DNA of 64,000 nt. Origin: Brevibacterium sp. GTDB lineage: Bacteria > Actinomycetota > Actinomycetes > Actinomycetales > Brevibacteriaceae. The stretch spans positions 154,853-218,852 of the forward strand of contig NZ_JAPSIB010000001.1 in assembly GCF_031179145.1 (NCBI RefSeq). The letters run 5' to 3'. The notes below the pieces were generated by a model, which had not been told where the DNA came from, did not search any database, and saw only the letters and a program-made list of their open reading frames with translations. The translations under genes were made by a program, and so were the position numbers. This document shows positions 1 to 11,135 of this stretch, in pieces (position 1 is the stretch's first letter; each line of letters starts with the position of its first letter).

Positions 1-1
1 G

Positions 2-577
2 GCCTCCGTGGGGTCGGGAGTCCGCCGGATCGAGGCCGCCGTGGGCATGGACGCCTTCCGGTCCCTGGCCGCTGAGCGGACCATCGTGTCCTCGCTCTCG
101 GAGATGCTCAAGGTCCCCGGCCCCCACGTGCGCGACCGGGTGTCGGACCTGATGAGCAGGCTCAAGGACGCCGAGAAGGAGATCGCCCGACTGAAGTCCC
201 AGCAGCTGCTGGCCCAGGCCGGTCAGTTCCTCGACAAGGCCGAGCGCGTCGGGTCGACCCTCTTCGTCGTCGCCGAACTCGGGGAGGTGGCGGCGGCGAA
301 CGACATCCGCACCGTGGTCACCGACCTGCGCTCCCGCGTCTCCGACCAGTCCGCCGTGGTCCTCGGCGTCGGCACCGGCAACTCCAAGCCCGTCGTCGTC
401 ATCGCCACCACCCCGGACTCCCGCGAGGCGGGCAACCAGGCCGGAAAGCTCGTCGGACTGGCGTGCCGTGAACTCGGCGGCGGAGGCGGCGGCAAGCCCG
501 ACCTCGCTCAGGGCGGCGGCACCGACGTCAGCGCGATCCCTGCCGCAGTCGCGGCGGTGAAGGCGGCATTGCAGTGA
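2..577 (+). CDS. alaS: Alanine--tRNA ligase, C-terminal part (5' end outside window)
   Basis: Frame open from window edge; GSGVRRIEA motif and C-terminal GGGGGGKPDLAQGGG (DHHA1) motif; precedes ruvX-mltG as usual. Confidence 0.95.
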   Translation, partial: ASVGSGVRRIEAAVGMDAFRSLAAERTIVSSLSEMLKVPGPHVRDRVSDLMSRLKDAEKEIARLKSQQLLAQAGQFLDKAERVGSTLFVVAELGEVAAANDIRTVVTDLRSRVSDQSAVVLGVGTGNSKPVVVIATTPDSREAGNQAGKLVGLACRELGGGGGGKPDLAQGGGTDVSAIPAAVAAVKAALQ

Positions 578-1050
578 GCTTCCGCCGGGGCCGCAGGCTC
601 GGCCTCGACATCGGCTCCGTCCGGATCGGGGTCGCCGCCAGTGACCCCGAGGGGATCCTCGCCACACCGCTGACGGTCGTGCGGCGCAGCGACGAGCCGG
701 CGGCCCTGCGGCAGCTGGCCGAGGTCATCGCCGAATATGAGCCGATCGAGATCCTCGTCGGTGACCCGAAGTCACTCGATGGTCAGGCTCGGGCCGCGGC
801 GGCGACCGCGCTCGAGTTCGCCCGCCGGATCGGGGAGACCACCGCGACGCCGATCCGCCTCGTCGACGAGCGCTTCACCACCGCCGAGGCCCATCAGGCC
901 CTGGCCGCGGCGGGACGGAACTCCCGCCAGCGGCGTGAGATCGTCGACGCCCAGGCTGCTGTGATCATCCTGCAGCACGCTCTCGAATACGAGCACAACA
1001 CCGGAGCTGCGGCAGGCCGAGTGATGCCGCCGACGGAGGGAGACGCGTGA
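574..1050 (+). CDS. ruvX: Holliday junction resolvase-like YqgF/RuvX
   Basis: LGLDIGSVRIGVAASDP and VDERFTT motifs; GTGA overlap with alaS. Confidence 0.93.
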   Translation: MSFRRGRRLGLDIGSVRIGVAASDPEGILATPLTVVRRSDEPAALRQLAEVIAEYEPIEILVGDPKSLDGQARAAAATALEFARRIGETTATPIRLVDERFTTAEAHQALAAAGRNSRQRREIVDAQAAVIILQHALEYEHNTGAAAGRVMPPTEGDA

Positions 1051-2267
1051 ACGAGAACCCCGGCGACCCGACCGACGAGACGGCAGGCGACTCCGCCGTC
1101 CCCGAAACCGGCCGGCCCGCAGGCGCGAGTTCGACCGACGACGGCGGCCTGATCGAGGACCTGGGGCTGTCCCGGGCCGAACTCAAGGCCAAGAAGCGGC
1201 GCCGGATGCTGCGGCGCCGGCGCACGACCGTCATCGTCACGATCTGCGTGCTCATCTTCGGGCTCGGTGGGATCTTCGCGTTCAAGTCCGCGGGCGGGGC
1301 GGTCAGCGATCTGCTCGGCCCCAAGGGCGACTACGAGGGTGAGGGCACGAGCGAGGTCTCCATCGAGATCCCGCCGGGAGCTTCCGCCCGATCCGTGGCC
1401 AACCAGCTCGTCGAGGAGGGCGTGATCATGAACTCCGAGCCGTTCCTCGACGAGATCGAGCGCCGCGACGTCACCATCAACGCGGGGCCGGTCATCATGC
1501 GCAAGGAGATGAGCTCGAAGGCCGCCGTCGAGGCGCTGGTCAACCCGATCGCGCCTCCGAAGATCACGATCGCCGAAGGCCGCAAGATCGACCAGATCAA
1601 GGCCACCATGGTCGAGTCGGGGATGAACGGCGAAGAGGTCGACAAGGCCATCGACGGCAAGAAGCCGAAGGACTACGGTCTCGACGTCGAGGCGCCCAGC
1701 CTCGAAGGGTACCTGTACCCGGCCACCTACGATCTGCGCAAGTCCAAGACGGCGGAGGACATCGTCCAGGAGATGGTCGACAAGACCGCCGCCGAGCTCG
1801 AGACGGCAGGCATCGAACTCTCCGACGCCAACCGGATCCTGACCCTGGCCAGTCTCGTCGAGATCGAATCTCCCGGTGACGAGGAGACGCGGAAGAAGGT
1901 CGCGCGGGTCTTCCTCAATCGCATCTCGGAGGATTCACAGACCGGCGGACTGCTGCAGTCGGACGCGACGGTGGCCTACATCCACGGCGCACGGGCAGAC
2001 CTGACCACGACGGCGGAGGAGCGGAAGTCGGACAGCCCGTACAACACGTACAAGCAGCAGGGTCTGCCTCCCGGCCCGATCAACTCGCCGAGCGCAGGAG
2101 CGGTCGACGCCGCCCTCAATCCGGCCGACGGACCCTGGCAGTTCTTCGTCGCGACGAACCCGGATACGGGCGAGACGAAGTTCGCCGAGACCTATGAGGA
2201 GCACCAGAAGAACGTCGAGATCTATCGCAAATGGCTGCGCGAGCACCGGGACGAGAACGGGAAGTGA
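1047..2267 (+). CDS. mltG: Endolytic transglycosylase MltG
   Basis: N-terminal TM after basic stretch; LEGYLYPATY, SLVEIE (catalytic Glu), LQSDATV, SPYNTY, GLPPGPINSP motifs. Confidence 0.93.
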   Translation: MNENPGDPTDETAGDSAVPETGRPAGASSTDDGGLIEDLGLSRAELKAKKRRRMLRRRRTTVIVTICVLIFGLGGIFAFKSAGGAVSDLLGPKGDYEGEGTSEVSIEIPPGASARSVANQLVEEGVIMNSEPFLDEIERRDVTINAGPVIMRKEMSSKAAVEALVNPIAPPKITIAEGRKIDQIKATMVESGMNGEEVDKAIDGKKPKDYGLDVEAPSLEGYLYPATYDLRKSKTAEDIVQEMVDKTAAELETAGIELSDANRILTLASLVEIESPGDEETRKKVARVFLNRISEDSQTGGLLQSDATVAYIHGARADLTTTAEERKSDSPYNTYKQQGLPPGPINSPSAGAVDAALNPADGPWQFFVATNPDTGETKFAETYEEHQKNVEIYRKWLREHRDENGK

Positions 2268-3205
2268 CGATCACCGCAGCGGTCCTGGGCCGCCCGATCG
2301 CCCACTCGAAGTCACCGCTTCTCCACCGGGCGGCCTTCGCCGCGCTCGACCTCGACGGTGAGTACCTGCGCTTCGACGTCGGCGCGGAGGGACTTGAATC
2401 CTTCCTCTCGGCGCATCCCGACTTCACCGGGTTCTCACTGACGATGCCGCTCAAGGACCGGCTCGTGGAACTGGCCCGGCACTTCGACTGGGAGCTCGAC
2501 GACACGGCAGCGCTGACCGGAGCCGGCAACACCCTGGTGCGCCGGGAATCGTCGACGCTCGTCGCGAACACCGACGTCCAGGGCATCGTCGCCGCCCTCG
2601 GCGCACCTCTGGCCACCGCGCGCGAGAGCGTCGGCCGGCCCGCGGGAGACTCCGCAGCCGGTGCCCGGACTGCCGTCATCCTCGGTGCGGGGGCGACCGC
2701 GCGCTCGGCAGCCGTCGCCTGCGCGAGGCTCGGCATCACCGAGGTCCAGTTCCTGGTCCGCAATCCCGACCGTGCGCAGAACGCGGTCTCGCTGTGCGCG
2801 GATCTCGGACTTCGCGCGAGCACCGGTCCGCTGACCGAGCTCACCCCGGCAGAGCTCCTCATCTCCACCCTCCCCGCCGAGGCGACCCCCGACCTGCGCT
2901 GGTCCCCGCAGATCCGCGGGGGAGTCGCTCTCGACGTCGCCTACGCCGCCTCGTCGGCCTTCCTGGCCACGGCGACCCGGCACGGAGTCACCCCCGTCTC
3001 AGGCACGGCCATGCTCGTCGGGCAGGCGGTCGAGCAGTTCATGATGTTCCTGGCGGCGGCAGGGGACCCAGCGGGAGCCGAGGTGCGACGGAGAGTCGCT
3101 GCCGCGATGCACGCGGCACTCGAGTCGGCGGATCCGCCGGCAGGTTCGGGCGGGCCGAGCACCTCGGAGCCCGCCGGCCCCGGCACCGGCTCCGTCGGGA
3201 GCTGA
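2264..3205 (+). CDS. aroE: Shikimate dehydrogenase
   Basis: AVLGRPIAHSKSP, SLTMPLK, NTDVQG, GAGATA motifs; start GTG 2264 overlaps mltG stop. Confidence 0.9.
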   Translation: MTITAAVLGRPIAHSKSPLLHRAAFAALDLDGEYLRFDVGAEGLESFLSAHPDFTGFSLTMPLKDRLVELARHFDWELDDTAALTGAGNTLVRRESSTLVANTDVQGIVAALGAPLATARESVGRPAGDSAAGARTAVILGAGATARSAAVACARLGITEVQFLVRNPDRAQNAVSLCADLGLRASTGPLTELTPAELLISTLPAEATPDLRWSPQIRGGVALDVAYAASSAFLATATRHGVTPVSGTAMLVGQAVEQFMMFLAAAGDPAGAEVRRRVAAAMHAALESADPPAGSGGPSTSEPAGPGTGSVGS

Positions 3206-3212
3206 ACCGGCC

Positions 3213-3914
3213 ATGAGCGGGCTCGGGTGGCTCGTCGTTCTGACGCTTGTGATCAGTGCGGCGACGGGGCTCCTCATCGCCCGTGGTATGCGCTGGTGGA
3301 TCGCGGATGCCGATCACGCCGACCTCCTCGCCGCCTCCCGCTGGTACCGGCCCGGGGTCCTCACCATCACCGGGGCCGTCCTCGGCGGCGGCGTCGCGTT
3401 CCTGTACCCCACCTCGGCGGGGTGGGGAATCGACATCGTCCTGCTCTCGCTCATCCTCGGGGCGAGTGCGGCCGCGACCCCGTTCCTCTTCATCGTCGAC
3501 GTCCTCGTCCACCGTCTGCCCGACCGGCTCCTCTATCCGCTCATCGGACTCGAGCTGGCCGTGCTGATCCTCGGTGGGCAGAGCGGGGATCGCAGCATCT
3601 GGGTCTCCGCCCTCGTCGCGGCGATCGCCGCCACCGCGTTCTTCGGGCTGCTGTACCTGGCAGGCAGGCTCGTGCATGCGAGAACTCTGGGGCTCGGCGA
3701 TGTGAAGCTCGCATTCGTCGTCGGCGCGGCCACGGGCGTGCACTCGGTCTGGGCACTGGCCGGCGTCTTCGTGGTGACGATGATCATCGCCGGTTCCGTC
3801 TCGCTCATCGCCGCGGCGCGGGCGGGCAGTCTGCGCGGGACCGTCATCGCCTTCGGGCCGGCGATGCTATCCGGTATGTGGCTCGGGTCCGTGGTCCACC
3901 GATTCCTTTTGTAG
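3213..3914 (+). CDS. A24-family prepilin peptidase (aspartic, no methylase domain evident)
   Basis: Multi-TM; D..VHRLPD and GLGDVKL catalytic Asp motifs, C-terminal AFGPAM; usual position between aroE and aroC. Confidence 0.85.
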   Translation: MSGLGWLVVLTLVISAATGLLIARGMRWWIADADHADLLAASRWYRPGVLTITGAVLGGGVAFLYPTSAGWGIDIVLLSLILGASAAATPFLFIVDVLVHRLPDRLLYPLIGLELAVLILGGQSGDRSIWVSALVAAIAATAFFGLLYLAGRLVHARTLGLGDVKLAFVVGAATGVHSVWALAGVFVVTMIIAGSVSLIAAARAGSLRGTVIAFGPAMLSGMWLGSVVHRFLL

Positions 3915-3917
3915 AAT
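3912..3917 (+). promoter_or_regulatory. -10 box TAGAAT, probable leaderless aroC promoter
   Basis: TANNNT 7 nt upstream of ATG 3925; no SD; TAG is the upstream gene's stop. Confidence 0.65.
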
Positions 3918-3924
3918 CGGTGGA

Positions 3925-5118
3925 ATGTTGAGATGGCTTACCGCAGGCGAATCCCACGGCGAAGCGCTGGTCGGGATCATTGAGGGGCTCCCCGCCCATG
4001 TTCCCGTCACCAGGAGCGATATCCAGGCCAGTCTGGCCAGGCGCAGACTCGGCTACGGCCGCGGAGCGCGCATGAAGTTCGAAGCCGATGAGGTCCGCCT
4101 GCTCGGCGGCGTCCGCCACGGCCTGACGCTGGGCTCGCCCGTGGCGATCGAGGTCGGGAACACGGAATGGCCCAAGTGGGAAACCGTGATGAGCGCCGAC
4201 CCCGTCGACGCCGACGAGCTCGAAGGGATGGCGCGCAACGCCCCCCTGACCCGCCCCCGCCCCGGACACGCCGACATCGTCGGGATGCAGAAGTACGGAT
4301 TCGACGAGGCGCGACCGATCCTCGAACGCGCCTCGGCGCGGGAGACGGCGATGCGTGTGGCCCTGGGCACCGTGGCCGCGCAGTTCCTCGGCGAGCTCGG
4401 CATCGGCCTCGTCGCCCACACCGTGGCGATCGGCGGCGTGGAATCGGACGCGCCGACCGCGCTCCCGCAGGCTGCCGACGTCGACGCCCTCGACGCCGAT
4501 CCCGTGCGCTGCTTCGACGCCGAGCTCTCGGCCCGCATGGTCGCCGAGATCGACTCGGCGAAGAAGGCCGGGGACACCCTCGGCGGCGTCGTCGAGGTCC
4601 TCGCCTACGGTCTGCCCCCGGGCTTGGGCTCCCATGTCCACTGGGATCGCCGGCTCGACTCCCGTCTGGCGGGAGCGCTGATGGGAATTCAGGCCATCAA
4701 GGGCGTCGAGGTGGGCGACGGCTTCCTCACCACCAGACGCCTCGGGTCCCAGGCTCACGACGAACTCGAGGTCGGTCCCGACGGCTTCCGCCGCGCCGGC
4801 AACCGGGCCGGCGGCACGGAGGGCGGAATGTCGACGGGCGGGCCGCTGCGGGTGCGCGCCGGGATGAAGCCCATCGCCACCGTGCCCCGGGCCCTGTCGA
4901 CCGTCGACGTCACCACCGGCGAGGCCGCGAAGGCCAACCACCAGCGCTCCGACGTCTGCGCGGTTCCGGCCGCCGGGGTCGTCGCCGAGGCGATGGTCGC
5001 CCTGGTCCTGGCCGAAGCCGTGGTGGAGAAGTTCGGCGGAGACAGCGTGGCCGAAACGAAACGGAATCTGGACGGCTACCTGGCAGCCATTCCGGAGAAC
5101 CTGCGCATCGGGCAATGA
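3925..5118 (+). CDS. aroC: Chorismate synthase
   Basis: [32 protein letters not shown] motifs. Confidence 0.97.
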   Translation: MLRWLTAGESHGEALVGIIEGLPAHVPVTRSDIQASLARRRLGYGRGARMKFEADEVRLLGGVRHGLTLGSPVAIEVGNTEWPKWETVMSADPVDADELEGMARNAPLTRPRPGHADIVGMQKYGFDEARPILERASARETAMRVALGTVAAQFLGELGIGLVAHTVAIGGVESDAPTALPQAADVDALDADPVRCFDAELSARMVAEIDSAKKAGDTLGGVVEVLAYGLPPGLGSHVHWDRRLDSRLAGALMGIQAIKGVEVGDGFLTTRRLGSQAHDELEVGPDGFRRAGNRAGGTEGGMSTGGPLRVRAGMKPIATVPRALSTVDVTTGEAAKANHQRSDVCAVPAAGVVAEAMVALVLAEAVVEKFGGDSVAETKRNLDGYLAAIPENLRIGQ

Positions 5119-5735
5119 CCGACAATCCGCTCCCGAAGCCGGTTCCCCCTGTCGAGCCGGTGCCCGCGGCCCAGTCCCGGATCGTGCTCACGGGCCCGCC
5201 GGCGGCAGGCAAGTCGACGATCGGCCGGCTTCTGGCCGAGCGGCTCGACCTGCCGCTCATCGACACCGACGCCCAGATCGTCGAGCGCCACGGCGTGATC
5301 GCCGAGATCTTCGTCGAACGCGGGGAGGACCACTTTCGTCGGATCGAGCGCGAGGTCGTGCGCAGAGCTCTGCGGCGCCTGCTCGACCGCCCGGGGATCG
5401 TGTCCCTGGGCGGAGGGGCCATCCTCAACCCCGGAACCCGCGCCCAACTGGGGCACCCGGCGATCAGGGTCGTGCACATCGACATCGACGCTGAGACCGT
5501 CGCGACCCGTCTCAACTCCCCGCACCGGCCGCTGCTGCGCGGGGGAGGCTCCCCGGTGGAGAACTGGAAGGCTCTGGTCAAGGAGCGCGAGCCGCTCTAC
5601 GAACAGGTGGCGACCTTCCGGGTCCACGCCTCGAACTCACCGCCGTCGACGATCGTCAACCGGATCGTCGACGTCCTGACGAAACTGCAGCGCGCCGAGG
5701 AATACGCGAAGTACTCGACCCCGCCGGAGAGCTGA
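5115..5735 (+). CDS. aroK: Shikimate kinase
   Basis: [13 protein letters not shown]-loop, DTD, GE..FR, SLGGG, RPLL; ATG 5115 overlaps aroC stop. Confidence 0.93.
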   Translation: MTDNPLPKPVPPVEPVPAAQSRIVLTGPPAAGKSTIGRLLAERLDLPLIDTDAQIVERHGVIAEIFVERGEDHFRRIEREVVRRALRRLLDRPGIVSLGGGAILNPGTRAQLGHPAIRVVHIDIDAETVATRLNSPHRPLLRGGGSPVENWKALVKEREPLYEQVATFRVHASNSPPSTIVNRIVDVLTKLQRAEEYAKYSTPPES

Positions 5736-5815
5736 GGGCCGGACAGCTGTGGGCCGGAGAGCTGAGAGGCGGGGGCTGAGTCCCGGAGAGCCGGGAGTTG
5801 AGGGCCGGGGGCTGA
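5721..5815. repeat. Degenerate ~15-bp tandem repeat (gggccggagagctga), about 6 units
   Basis: Units at 5721, 5736, 5751, 5766, 5780 and 5802; first unit ends in the aroK stop. Confidence 0.8.
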
Positions 5816-5917
5816 TCGCCGTGGCGAGGACCTGCCCGACCCCACCGGAGATCTCATCGCCGCGACGGGGATAGGCTTGGCCCAGCACCGAAGACGACCG
5901 AAGTGGGAAGAACGCAG

Positions 5918-7045
5918 ATGACAGTGACAAGAATCGACGTCGACGCCGGCGGAAGCTACCCGGTCCTCGTGGGCCAGGGGCTGCTGGGACAGCTGCCGGA
6001 GCTGCTCGGCCCCCGGGCGGAGAAGGTCCTCGTCATCCACCCCCGAGCACTGCGGACGACCGGTGAGACGGTCCGCGACGACCTGCGCACGCTGGGCCTC
6101 GACGCGATCGTGGCCGAGATCCCCGACGCGGAGGAGGCCAAGCACATCCAGGTCGCCGCCTTCTGCTGGCAGGTGCTGGGACAGTCCGACTTCACCCGGA
6201 CGGACGCCATCATCACCCTTGGCGGGGGAGCCGTGAGCGACCTCGGCGGATTCGTCGCAGCCACCTGGCTGCGCGGCATCTCCGTCATCCACATCCCGAC
6301 CACGGTGCTCGGCATGGTCGACGCCTCGATCGGCGGCAAGACCGGCATCAACACCGCCGAGGGCAAGAACCTCGTCGGGTCCTTCCACGCCCCGGCCGGA
6401 GTCCTCGTCGACCTCGACACCCTGCGGACCCTGCCCGAGCACGAGCTCTTCACGGGACTCGCCGAGGTCGTCAAGACCGGGTTCATCGCCGACCCGGCGA
6501 TCCTCGACCTCGTCGCCGAGCACTCGAAAGCCGAGATCGCCGAGGTGGACGGGCCGGTGCTGCGCGAGCTCATCGAACGCTCCATCGCGGTCAAGGCCGA
6601 CGTCGTGTCCACGGACTTCAAGGAATCGGGACGGCGTGAGATCCTCAACTACGGCCACACCCTGGGCCACGCGATCGAGCACAAGGAACGCTACCAATGG
6701 CGCCACGGGGCGGCCGTGTCCGTGGGCATGGTGTTCGCCGCCGAGGTGGCCGCCATGGTCAAGAACCTGCCCACCGAGGTCGTCGACCTCCATCGCGAAC
6801 TGCTGTCGAAGCTCGGCCTGCCCACCGGCTACCGCGCCGACGTCTGGCCGCAGCTGCTGGAGACGATGAAGCGGGACAAGAAGGCCCGCGGATCCATGCT
6901 GCGGATGGTCCTGCTGAGCGACATCGCCGCCCCTGCCACGGTCGAGATCCCCGACGTCTCCATCCTCCACACCGCCTACCAGGAGATCGGGGAGGAGTCC
7001 CCGCGGGTGCCGCTCGGCGGTGACCTGGGGCTGCGCGCCAAGTGA
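5918..7045 (+). CDS. aroB: 3-dehydroquinate synthase
   Basis: LGGGAVSDLGGF, DASIGGKTGIN, GKNLVGSF, LNYGHTLGHAIE motifs; ATG 5918 after GGGAAG. Confidence 0.97.
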   Translation: MTVTRIDVDAGGSYPVLVGQGLLGQLPELLGPRAEKVLVIHPRALRTTGETVRDDLRTLGLDAIVAEIPDAEEAKHIQVAAFCWQVLGQSDFTRTDAIITLGGGAVSDLGGFVAATWLRGISVIHIPTTVLGMVDASIGGKTGINTAEGKNLVGSFHAPAGVLVDLDTLRTLPEHELFTGLAEVVKTGFIADPAILDLVAEHSKAEIAEVDGPVLRELIERSIAVKADVVSTDFKESGRREILNYGHTLGHAIEHKERYQWRHGAAVSVGMVFAAEVAAMVKNLPTEVVDLHRELLSKLGLPTGYRADVWPQLLETMKRDKKARGSMLRMVLLSDIAAPATVEIPDVSILHTAYQEIGEESPRVPLGGDLGLRAK

Positions 7046-7193
7046 GATCGGCCACGCCCCCGCGCGCCCGAGCCGGGTGGCGTGCGGGGCACTCGTGAGC
7101 TTGATAGAATCGATGATTGGCAAAACTGCCTGCTCGCCCGGTCGCAGCTGCGACTGACAGGACGCGCAGAACTCAACCTTGAAGGACGGATCA

Positions 7194-7754
7194 GTGGCGA
7201 CAACCAACGACCTGAAGAATGGCCTTGTGCTGAACCTCGACAACCAGCTGTGGCAGGTACTGGACTTCCAGCACGTCAAGCCAGGCAAAGGTCCGGCTTT
7301 CGTCCGCACCAAGCTCAAGCATGTGATCTCCGGCAAGATCATCGACAAGACGTTCAACGCCGGCACCAAGGTTGAGACCGCCAACGTCGACCGCCGCGAC
7401 ATGCAGTACCTCTACCACGACGGCACCGACTACGTGTTCATGGACGCCAAGGACTACGAGCAGGTCAACGTCTCAGGCGACCTGGTAGGCGCCGCCGCCG
7501 ACTACATGCTCGAGAACCAGGACCTGCAGATCTCCTTCCACGACGGCACCCCGCTGTCTGTCGAACTGCCCGCCTCCGTCGAACTGACGATCACCCACAC
7601 CGAACCCGGGCTGCAGGGCGATCGCTCCACCGGCGGTTCGAAGCCGGCCACCCTGGAGACCGGCGCCGAGATCCAGGTGCCGCTCTTCCTCGAAGAGGGC
7701 GTCAAGGTCAGGGTCGACACCCGCACCGGCGACTACCTGGGCCGCGTCAAGTAA
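7194..7754 (+). CDS. efp: Elongation factor P
   Basis: [17 protein letters not shown] (actinobacterial PGKGP loop), PGLQGD, LETG; GTG 7194 after GAAGGA; TAGAAT box at 7105. Confidence 0.97.
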   Translation: MATTNDLKNGLVLNLDNQLWQVLDFQHVKPGKGPAFVRTKLKHVISGKIIDKTFNAGTKVETANVDRRDMQYLYHDGTDYVFMDAKDYEQVNVSGDLVGAAADYMLENQDLQISFHDGTPLSVELPASVELTITHTEPGLQGDRSTGGSKPATLETGAEIQVPLFLEEGVKVRVDTRTGDYLGRVK

Positions 7755-8162
7755 GTGGCAGCACGAACCCGAGCGCGCCGCCGGGCCTTGGAGCTCCTCT
7801 TCGAGGCCGGGCAGCGCGGACTCACCCTCAGCGAGGTCGTGACCATGCGGTCGAACGACCCCGAATACCCGATGAAGCCCTACGCGGTGGAGATCGTCGA
7901 CGGCATCTCCAGCCATCGGGAGGAGATCGACGAGATCATCTCGACCTACGCCCAGGGCTGGACCCTGGAGAGGATGCCCGCCGTCGACCGGGCTCTGCTC
8001 GAGATCGGCACCTGGGAGATCCTCTACAACGACGATGTCCCCGACAAGGCCGCCATCGACGAGGCGGTGTCCCTGGCCCGGCAGTTCTCGACCGATGACT
8101 CCCCGAAGTTCGTCTCCGGACTGCTCTCGCGGATCCTCGACGTCAAGCCGACGCTGACCTGA
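7755..8162 (+). CDS. nusB: Transcription antitermination factor NusB
   Basis: RTRARRRALELLF, WTLERMPAVDR, IDEAVSLA, FVSGLL; follows efp. Confidence 0.95.
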   Translation: MAARTRARRRALELLFEAGQRGLTLSEVVTMRSNDPEYPMKPYAVEIVDGISSHREEIDEIISTYAQGWTLERMPAVDRALLEIGTWEILYNDDVPDKAAIDEAVSLARQFSTDDSPKFVSGLLSRILDVKPTLT

Positions 8163-8239
8163 GGCAGCGCTCGGCCCTGAGGCGCGAATCTCGAGGGCCG
8201 CATTCCGGACGGGCGGAACGACCCCCGTCGGTCCGGGGC

Positions 8240-8245
8240 TACAAT
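8240..8245 (+). promoter_or_regulatory. -10 box TACAAT of pyr operon
   Basis: TANNNT upstream of pyrR leader. Confidence 0.65.
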
Positions 8246-8258
8246 TCAATCCGAACAC

Positions 8259-8293
8259 TCCTTTAACCACCGTCCGGAGAGACGGAGAAGGGG
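8259..8293 (+). promoter_or_regulatory. PyrR-binding RNA hairpin occluding the pyrR SD
   Basis: CCTTTAA..., upper stem CCGTC/GACGG with hexaloop CGGAGA, basal stem TCCTT/AAGGG containing the SD; resembles the PyrR binding-loop consensus. Confidence 0.8.
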
Positions 8294-8297
8294 ATCC

Positions 8298-8849
8298 ATG
8301 ACACAGCGAACCGTGCTCGACGCTGCGGACCTGCAGCGGGCGCTGACCCGCATCGCCCATGAGATCATCGAGGCGAACAAGGGCACCGAGAATCTCGTCC
8401 TGTTGGGCATCCCGCGCCGCGGAACCCCACTGGCAAGACGACTGGCCCGGCAGATCGCCACGATCGACGGCCACCCCGAACGCGCCGACGAACTCGTCGG
8501 CAGCCTCGACATCACGATGTACCGCGACGATCTGCGCTCGGGCGCCTACCGCGCCCCGGAGCCGACCACCATCCCGGCCGCCGGAGTGGACTCGAAGACC
8601 GTCGTCCTCGTCGACGACGTCCTCTACTCGGGCCGCACCATCCGCGCCGCCCTCGACGCCCTCTCCGACATCGGGCGCCCGGCCAAGGTCCGCCTGGCCG
8701 TCCTCGTCGACCGGGGCCACCGGGAGCTGCCGATCCGGGCCGACCATGTGGGCAAGAACCTGCCCACCTCGAGCAGTGAACGCGTCAACGTCAGTCTGGC
8801 CGAAACCGATGGGACCGACGCCGTGACGATCTCGGGAGGCCGTGAATGA
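8298..8849 (+). CDS. pyrR: Pyrimidine regulatory protein / uracil phosphoribosyltransferase PyrR
   Basis: [49 protein letters not shown]. Confidence 0.97.
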   Translation: MTQRTVLDAADLQRALTRIAHEIIEANKGTENLVLLGIPRRGTPLARRLARQIATIDGHPERADELVGSLDITMYRDDLRSGAYRAPEPTTIPAAGVDSKTVVLVDDVLYSGRTIRAALDALSDIGRPAKVRLAVLVDRGHRELPIRADHVGKNLPTSSSERVNVSLAETDGTDAVTISGGRE

Positions 8850-9826
8850 AGCATCTGCTCGACACCGCCTCCCTGTCCCGCGCCGAGGCGATCTCGCTGC
8901 TCGACATCGCCGAGGAGATGGCTCTGGTCTCCGCCCGCGAGGTGAAGAAGCTGCCCGTCCTGCGCGGACGCACCGTCGTCAACCTGTTCTTCGAGGACTC
9001 GACCCGCACCCGGTTGTCATTCGAAGCCGCCGCCAAACGCCTGTCCGCCGACGTGCTCAACTTCTCCGCGAAGGGATCCTCCGTCTCCAAGGGGGAGAGC
9101 CTGCAGGACACCGTGCAGACGATCTCCGCGATGGGCGCCGACGCACTCGTCGTCCGCCACTCCGGCTCGGGCACCCCGCACCGGCTCGCCCACACCGGCT
9201 GGATCGACGTCCCCGTCATCAACGCCGGCGACGGCACCCACGAACACCCCACCCAGGCCCTGCTCGACGCCTTCACCCTGCGTCGTGCCCTCGGCGGATT
9301 CCCCGCCTCGGGGGCGGTCAAGGACGGACCGCGGGGACAGGGACTCGACGGGGCGAAGGTCGCGATCGTCGGTGACATCCTCCACTCCCGAGTCGCCCGC
9401 TCGAACGTCCATCTGCTCGCCCGCCTCGGCGCCGAGGTCCACCTCATCGCACCCCCGACCCTGCTCCCCTGGGGAGTCGAGACCTGGCCGGTGACGCTCC
9501 ACTACGACTTCGACGAAGCGCTGCACCAGGTCGACTTCGCCGCACTGATGATGCTGCGCGTCCAGCACGAGCGGATGCATGAGTCCTTCTTCCCCAACGA
9601 ACGTGAGTACTCCCGGCTGTGGGGACTGAGCGCGGCCCGCCTCGCGAGGCTGCCGCGTGAGACCTTCATCATGCACCCGGGGCCGATGAATCGCGGATTC
9701 GAGATCTCCGCCGCCGCCGCGGACTCCGACCGCACCCTCATCCTCGACCAGGTCGAGAACGGCGTGAGCGTGCGCATGGCAGTCCTGTACCGACTACTGA
9801 CTGGTCAGGAGGACCACAATGAGTGA
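8846..9826 (+). CDS. pyrB: Aspartate carbamoyltransferase catalytic subunit
   Basis: [33 protein letters not shown]. Confidence 0.97.
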   Translation: MKHLLDTASLSRAEAISLLDIAEEMALVSAREVKKLPVLRGRTVVNLFFEDSTRTRLSFEAAAKRLSADVLNFSAKGSSVSKGESLQDTVQTISAMGADALVVRHSGSGTPHRLAHTGWIDVPVINAGDGTHEHPTQALLDAFTLRRALGGFPASGAVKDGPRGQGLDGAKVAIVGDILHSRVARSNVHLLARLGAEVHLIAPPTLLPWGVETWPVTLHYDFDEALHQVDFAALMMLRVQHERMHESFFPNEREYSRLWGLSAARLARLPRETFIMHPGPMNRGFEISAAAADSDRTLILDQVENGVSVRMAVLYRLLTGQEDHNE

Positions 9827-11135
9827 ATATCTGATCCGGGGCGCGAACATCCTCGGGGGAGGCGCCGGCGACATCGCGATCAGGGACGGCCGGATCGTCG
9901 ATCCCGAACTCCTCACCGCTGGCGGCGGCGCTGAGGTCATCGACGCCGAGGGGCTCATCGCCCTGCCCGGGCTCGTCGACATGCACACGCACCTGCGGGA
10001 GCCCGGCAAGGAGGACGCCGAGACGGTGCTGACGGGCTCGCAGTCCGCGGCCGCCGGCGGCTTCACCTGCGTCCATGCGATGGCCAACACCGCGCCCGTG
10101 GCAGACACCGCCGGAGTCGTCGAACAGGTGCACCGACTGGGCCGCGAAGCCGGCTACACGGAAGTCGTGCCCATCGGCGCGGTGACGATCGGTCTGGAGG
10201 GGAAGCAGCTGGCCGAACTCGGCGCCATGGCCCGCTCCGCCGCCCGCGTCCGGGTGTTCTCCGACGACGGCATCTGCGTCTGGGACCCACTGCTCATGCG
10301 CCGCGCGCTCGAATACGTCAAGACCTTCGACGGCGTCATCGCCCAGCACGCCCAGGAGCCGCGCCTGACCGAGGGCGCGCAGATGAACGAGGGCGTCGTC
10401 TCCGCCGAACTCGGACTGCCCGGCTGGCCCGCGGTCGCCGAGGAGTCGATTATCGCTCGCGACGTCCTGCTCGCCGAGCACGTCGGCTCCCGGCTCCACA
10501 TCTGCCACGTCTCCACCGCCGGCAGCGTCGACATCGTCCGCTGGGCGAAGTCCCGCGGAGTGCAGGTCACCGCCGAGGTGACCCCGCACCATCTCATGCT
10601 CACCGACGAACTGGTCCGCACCTTCGACCCCGTCTACAAGGTCAACCCGCCGCTGCGCACCGACGCCGACGTCCAGGCGCTGCGCGAGGCGCTGGCGGAC
10701 GGGACGATCGACGTCATCGGCACCGACCACGCCCCGCACACCGCTGAGCACAAGTGCAGCGAATGGACGGCCGCGGCGATGGGGATGGTCGGGATGGAGA
10801 CGGCCCTGCCGATCGTCGTCGAGGCGATGGCAGACCACGACTTCGACCACGGCGACCTTGCCCGGGTGATGTCCCAGACCCCGGCCCGGATCACCGGGGC
10901 CTCGGGCCATGGCAGCCTCGAGATCGGGGCGAGCGCGAACATCGTCCTCATCGACCCGAACGCCCCGCACCGGATCGTGCCCGGCGAGCACGCGACGAAG
11001 GGCCGCAACAACCCCTTCGCCGGGCTCGAGGTCTCCACCCGGATCACCGACACCTTCTTCTACGGCCACCGGGTGCTCGCCGACGGCCGACTCACCACCC
11101 CGCACCCGGCAGGAGCATCGTGGACCGACCAGTAG
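9819..11135 (+). CDS. pyrC: Dihydroorotase
   Basis: [41 protein letters not shown]. Confidence 0.96.
   Translation: MSEYLIRGANILGGGAGDIAIRDGRIVDPELLTAGGGAEVIDAEGLIALPGLVDMHTHLREPGKEDAETVLTGSQSAAAGGFTCVHAMANTAPVADTAGVVEQVHRLGREAGYTEVVPIGAVTIGLEGKQLAELGAMARSAARVRVFSDDGICVWDPLLMRRALEYVKTFDGVIAQHAQEPRLTEGAQMNEGVVSAELGLPGWPAVAEESIIARDVLLAEHVGSRLHICHVSTAGSVDIVRWAKSRGVQVTAEVTPHHLMLTDELVRTFDPVYKVNPPLRTDADVQALREALADGTIDVIGTDHAPHTAEHKCSEWTAAAMGMVGMETALPIVVEAMADHDFDHGDLARVMSQTPARITGASGHGSLEIGASANIVLIDPNAPHRIVPGEHATKGRNNPFAGLEVSTRITDTFFYGHRVLADGRLTTPHPAGASWTDQ

Noticed and set aside
4167-5114. 522-aa ORF-track extension of aroK, and similar extensions of trpC (34512) and the pyr membrane protein (10754)
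   Set aside because: Upstream parts are off-frame overlaps of the preceding gene with Arg/Pro-rich junk; real starts overlap the upstream stop or follow an SD
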